Positions 61,925 to 64,000 of a stretch of DNA of 64,000 bases are shown here, one piece after another. Numbering within the stretch: position 1 is the first letter of the stretch; every line of letters begins with the position of its first letter. Made by a program: the position numbers and the translations under genes. The notes below the pieces were generated by a model. It ran no database searches, was not told the origin of the DNA, and saw only the letters and a list, made by a program, of their open reading frames with translations. Source of the stretch: Endomicrobiales bacterium (GTDB taxonomy: Bacteria > Elusimicrobiota > Endomicrobiia > Endomicrobiales > CAWCFT01); NCBI GenBank assembly GCA_963794945.1, contig CAWCFT010000015.1, forward strand, positions 32,001-96,000, given 5' to 3'.

Positions 61925-63290
61925 CCGTCGTCATGTTCCTTCCGGAGTTCTTTGAAACATAAAGCGCTTCGTCCGCGCGTTTTATGAAATCCTCGCCGGT
62001 CAGCTTTTTCTTGCCAAGATTTGCGATGCCGGAACTGACGGTGAGCTTTATCTGCACGGGGTGAAAGCTTTCGACCGGCAGGAAGAATTTTTCTGCCTCT
62101 ATGTTCTTGCGTATCTCTTCTATAACGCGGAACGCCTCCGACGCGTCGGTCTGCGGCATGACCACTCCGAACTCTTCGCCGCCGTAACGGCTGACGAAAT
62201 CTGTTTCTCTAAGGCGGTGCCTCAAAAGATCAGCCATCTGCGTCAAGACCGTGTCCCCCGCCGCGTGGCCGTATGTATCGTTAACTCGTTTAAAAAAATC
62301 GATGTCCAACAAGGCTATGCTAAGCGGCAGCTTGTGGCTGAACGAGCGCATGATCTCTTCATTGAGGCGTTCCTTGAAATAGCTTTGTACGTAAAGGCCG
62401 GTCAACCCGTCCGTGATGGCCAGCTCCTGCGTTCTCTGGTAAAGTTTCGTGTTACTAAGAGCCAGCGAAGCTATGCCGCCCAGTACCGACAGTATGCGCA
62501 GGTCGCCTTCGTCAAAGAAACCTTCCTTGGCGGCCATACCTTTGAGTATACCCCAAAACCTCTGGTTGACCTCCAGCGGCACGGCTACAAGAGAAAGGAA
62601 CCTCGAGTGCGGCACCGAGAACCTGTTGTCGGTTGAGAGGTCCCTGATTATTAGCGGCATCTGCTGGCTTTTGACATACTGGGCGAACACGTCGGTCTGG
62701 GTGCCCTTTTTTATTTTCCATGTGCCCTTTCCGATGAACCTCAGGGCGAGATCGCATATCAGGGGTATCATTTTTTCTTCTTCAAGCGTAAGCCCCATAA
62801 GGTGGACCATGTTGCCCAGCGACTGGTAGTTCTCAATCCTCTGCGAAAGGTCCGCGGTCCTTTTCTTTGATTCCTCTATCTTCGAGCTCAGCAAGGCTGC
62901 CTTGCTTTCAAGCGTTTCTTCCTCTTCCCGGTTCCTGTTCTCGAGCCCGTCATACCCCTTCTGGTAATGCTCGAAGAAAAGGAAAATAACCCACAGCAGA
63001 AAGGTCTCGGCGAGAAAAATTAGACGATAAAGGTTGGAATCTGTCAGGAACACGCAGAGAAATCCGGCCACAGTAATGAAAGCGAGCATAACGCCGCTGT
63101 AGATGGGCCCCGAAAAGAAATACAGCGCAGTTACTATCAGGCTGGACAAGGGGAATGTAAGTATCTGGGGAGGCTGGGATTTTATCAGGGTATATGACCA
63201 GACAAAAAAAACTACAACCGAAATAACGGGTGCTATGATCGTTTGCGCTATCTGTTTAAAAACCTTTCTTTGCGTTTCCAGCTCTTCCAT
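61911..63290 (-). CDS. Membrane diguanylate cyclase (TM, coiled coil, GAF-like, GGDEF)
   Basis: DGLTGL, DIDFFK.VND..GH, RETD I-site, RYGGEEF. Confidence 0.9.
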   Translation of the reverse strand: MEELETQRKVFKQIAQTIIAPVISVVVFFVWSYTLIKSQPPQILTFPLSSLIVTALYFFSGPIYSGVMLAFITVAGFLCVFLTDSNLYRLIFLAETFLLWVIFLFFEHYQKGYDGLENRNREEEETLESKAALLSSKIEESKKRTADLSQRIENYQSLGNMVHLMGLTLEEEKMIPLICDLALRFIGKGTWKIKKGTQTDVFAQYVKSQQMPLIIRDLSTDNRFSVPHSRFLSLVAVPLEVNQRFWGILKGMAAKEGFFDEGDLRILSVLGGIASLALSNTKLYQRTQELAITDGLTGLYVQSYFKERLNEEIMRSFSHKLPLSIALLDIDFFKRVNDTYGHAAGDTVLTQMADLLRHRLRETDFVSRYGGEEFGVVMPQTDASEAFRVIEEIRKNIEAEKFFLPVESFHPVQIKLTVSSGIANLGKKKLTGEDFIKRADEALYVSKNSGRNMTTVAKK

Positions 63291-63305
63291 TAGTAAACCG
63301 CCGGG

Positions 63306-63897
63306 CTACTTTTGTTTCGCCGCAAATGCCTTATACTTTGAAAGGAGGCCTTCTTCTATCGCCTCTCTTAATTTGTCATCTGTTACGATAACCTGCTTGT
63401 ACCACGCTCCGCTGTTCTTAAGCTTTTTTGCCGGCCAGCTTACCCACGGGCCGCCGCCGTTATCGATTATCTTGCATTCGATTTCCATCTCGTCGTTGAA
63501 GGAAACCGCGGCTAGTATTTTCAACGCGGACTTTTTTCTAAACGGCTCAAACCTGACTATTTTATATACTGTGGCGCAACGCCTGCCGGGATCAACGGCT
63601 TTATTTACCAGGGCGGCCCTTAGGGCTGCGTTGCGCTTTTTTAGTGGAAAGGATCAGCTGAGGGTAAACACGTTTCTTTTGTGATACGTATTCCGGAAGC
63701 TTGATGAGAGGCTCGCGGCCCTCTCCGAAGATACTGATATCCTTGATAACTATCGCATTGTTTATAGTTATCTCGTATGCCTGCCTGCCGGCGTCTTTAT
63801 ACTGCCTCACGCCGGTGACATAAAACTCCCCGGCCGTAAGGCGTGATAAGAAAAAAATCGTCAGAATAATTGAAACTGCCGGCCTTTTTAATGACAT
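63306..63897 (-). CDS. Signal-peptide protein with two SpoVG-like domains (apparent frameshift near 63635)
   Basis: ITINNAIVIKDI...IKLP...YPQ and VSFNDEMEIECKII...WVSWP...YKQV...LREAIEE..L. Confidence 0.65.
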
Positions 63898-64000
63898 AGA
63901 ACGCCCTAAATACAAGATATTTTAACGAACGACAGCTTATATTGCAAGGCTTATTCGGTAATTTAATGATAATTTTAGAAGTTTAAAAAGGCGTGAACGG

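Noticed and set aside
379..63640. About 17 split genes as pseudogenes, programmed frameshifts or phase variation
   Set aside because: The shifts are mostly single-base, often in short homopolymer or GC runs, and hit core genes (pfp, glpK, malK) whose two halves are otherwise intact. This fits long-read indel error; polishing with accurate reads would decide.
177..63684. All plus-strand ORFs in the ORF track
   Set aside because: They are antisense shadows of well-supported minus-strand genes, or lie in intergenic DNA, and have no recognisable motifs.
63779..63795. GCCTGCCTGCCGGC inside the SpoVG-like gene as another mini-hairpin insertion
   Set aside because: Too short and incomplete to distinguish from chance coding sequence.

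Overview
Bacterial chromosomal segment in which essentially every real gene is on the minus strand. The PorV-like barrel, the T9SS-type CTD protein and the signal-peptide SpoVG suggest Elusimicrobiota, but this is an inference. About 17 genes, including pfp and glpK, are split by single-base shifts that look like long-read indel errors, so they are reported here as joined genes. (1) 1-19.2 kb is a visibly AT-richer Wzx/Wzy exopolysaccharide locus: a priming sugar transferase fused behind a signal peptide and an IPTL/PEP-CTERM-like segment, PAS-GGDEF with a degenerate HD-GYP, a TPR lipoprotein, Wza, Wzc, a cargo-less CTD protein plus PorV, GT4, four tandem CelD/FemAB-like GNATs, a deacetylase, Wzy and Wzx. 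(2) 19.5-54 kb holds housekeeping and metabolic genes: thyX, a debranching enzyme, a giant TPR protein, glnS, pfp, glpK, gpsA, Rrf2 plus an Fe-S protein, a KimA-like permease and a glycolipid-type GT cluster. It also has an unannotated Ile/Leu/Val-rich leader-peptide attenuator ahead of a Tam-like methyltransferase. (3) 54-60.5 kb is a mobile-palindrome hotspot: a RAYT-type Y1 transposase in 34-bp terminal inverted repeats, four related palindromic MITE/REP-like elements (one inserted in frame in an ArnT-like gene), gene fragments, and an orphan gene bracketed by 12-bp-phased GGTGC repeats. (4) The window ends with malK/ugpC, two diguanylate cyclases and a tandem SpoVG protein. No rRNA, tRNA or CRISPR array was seen.
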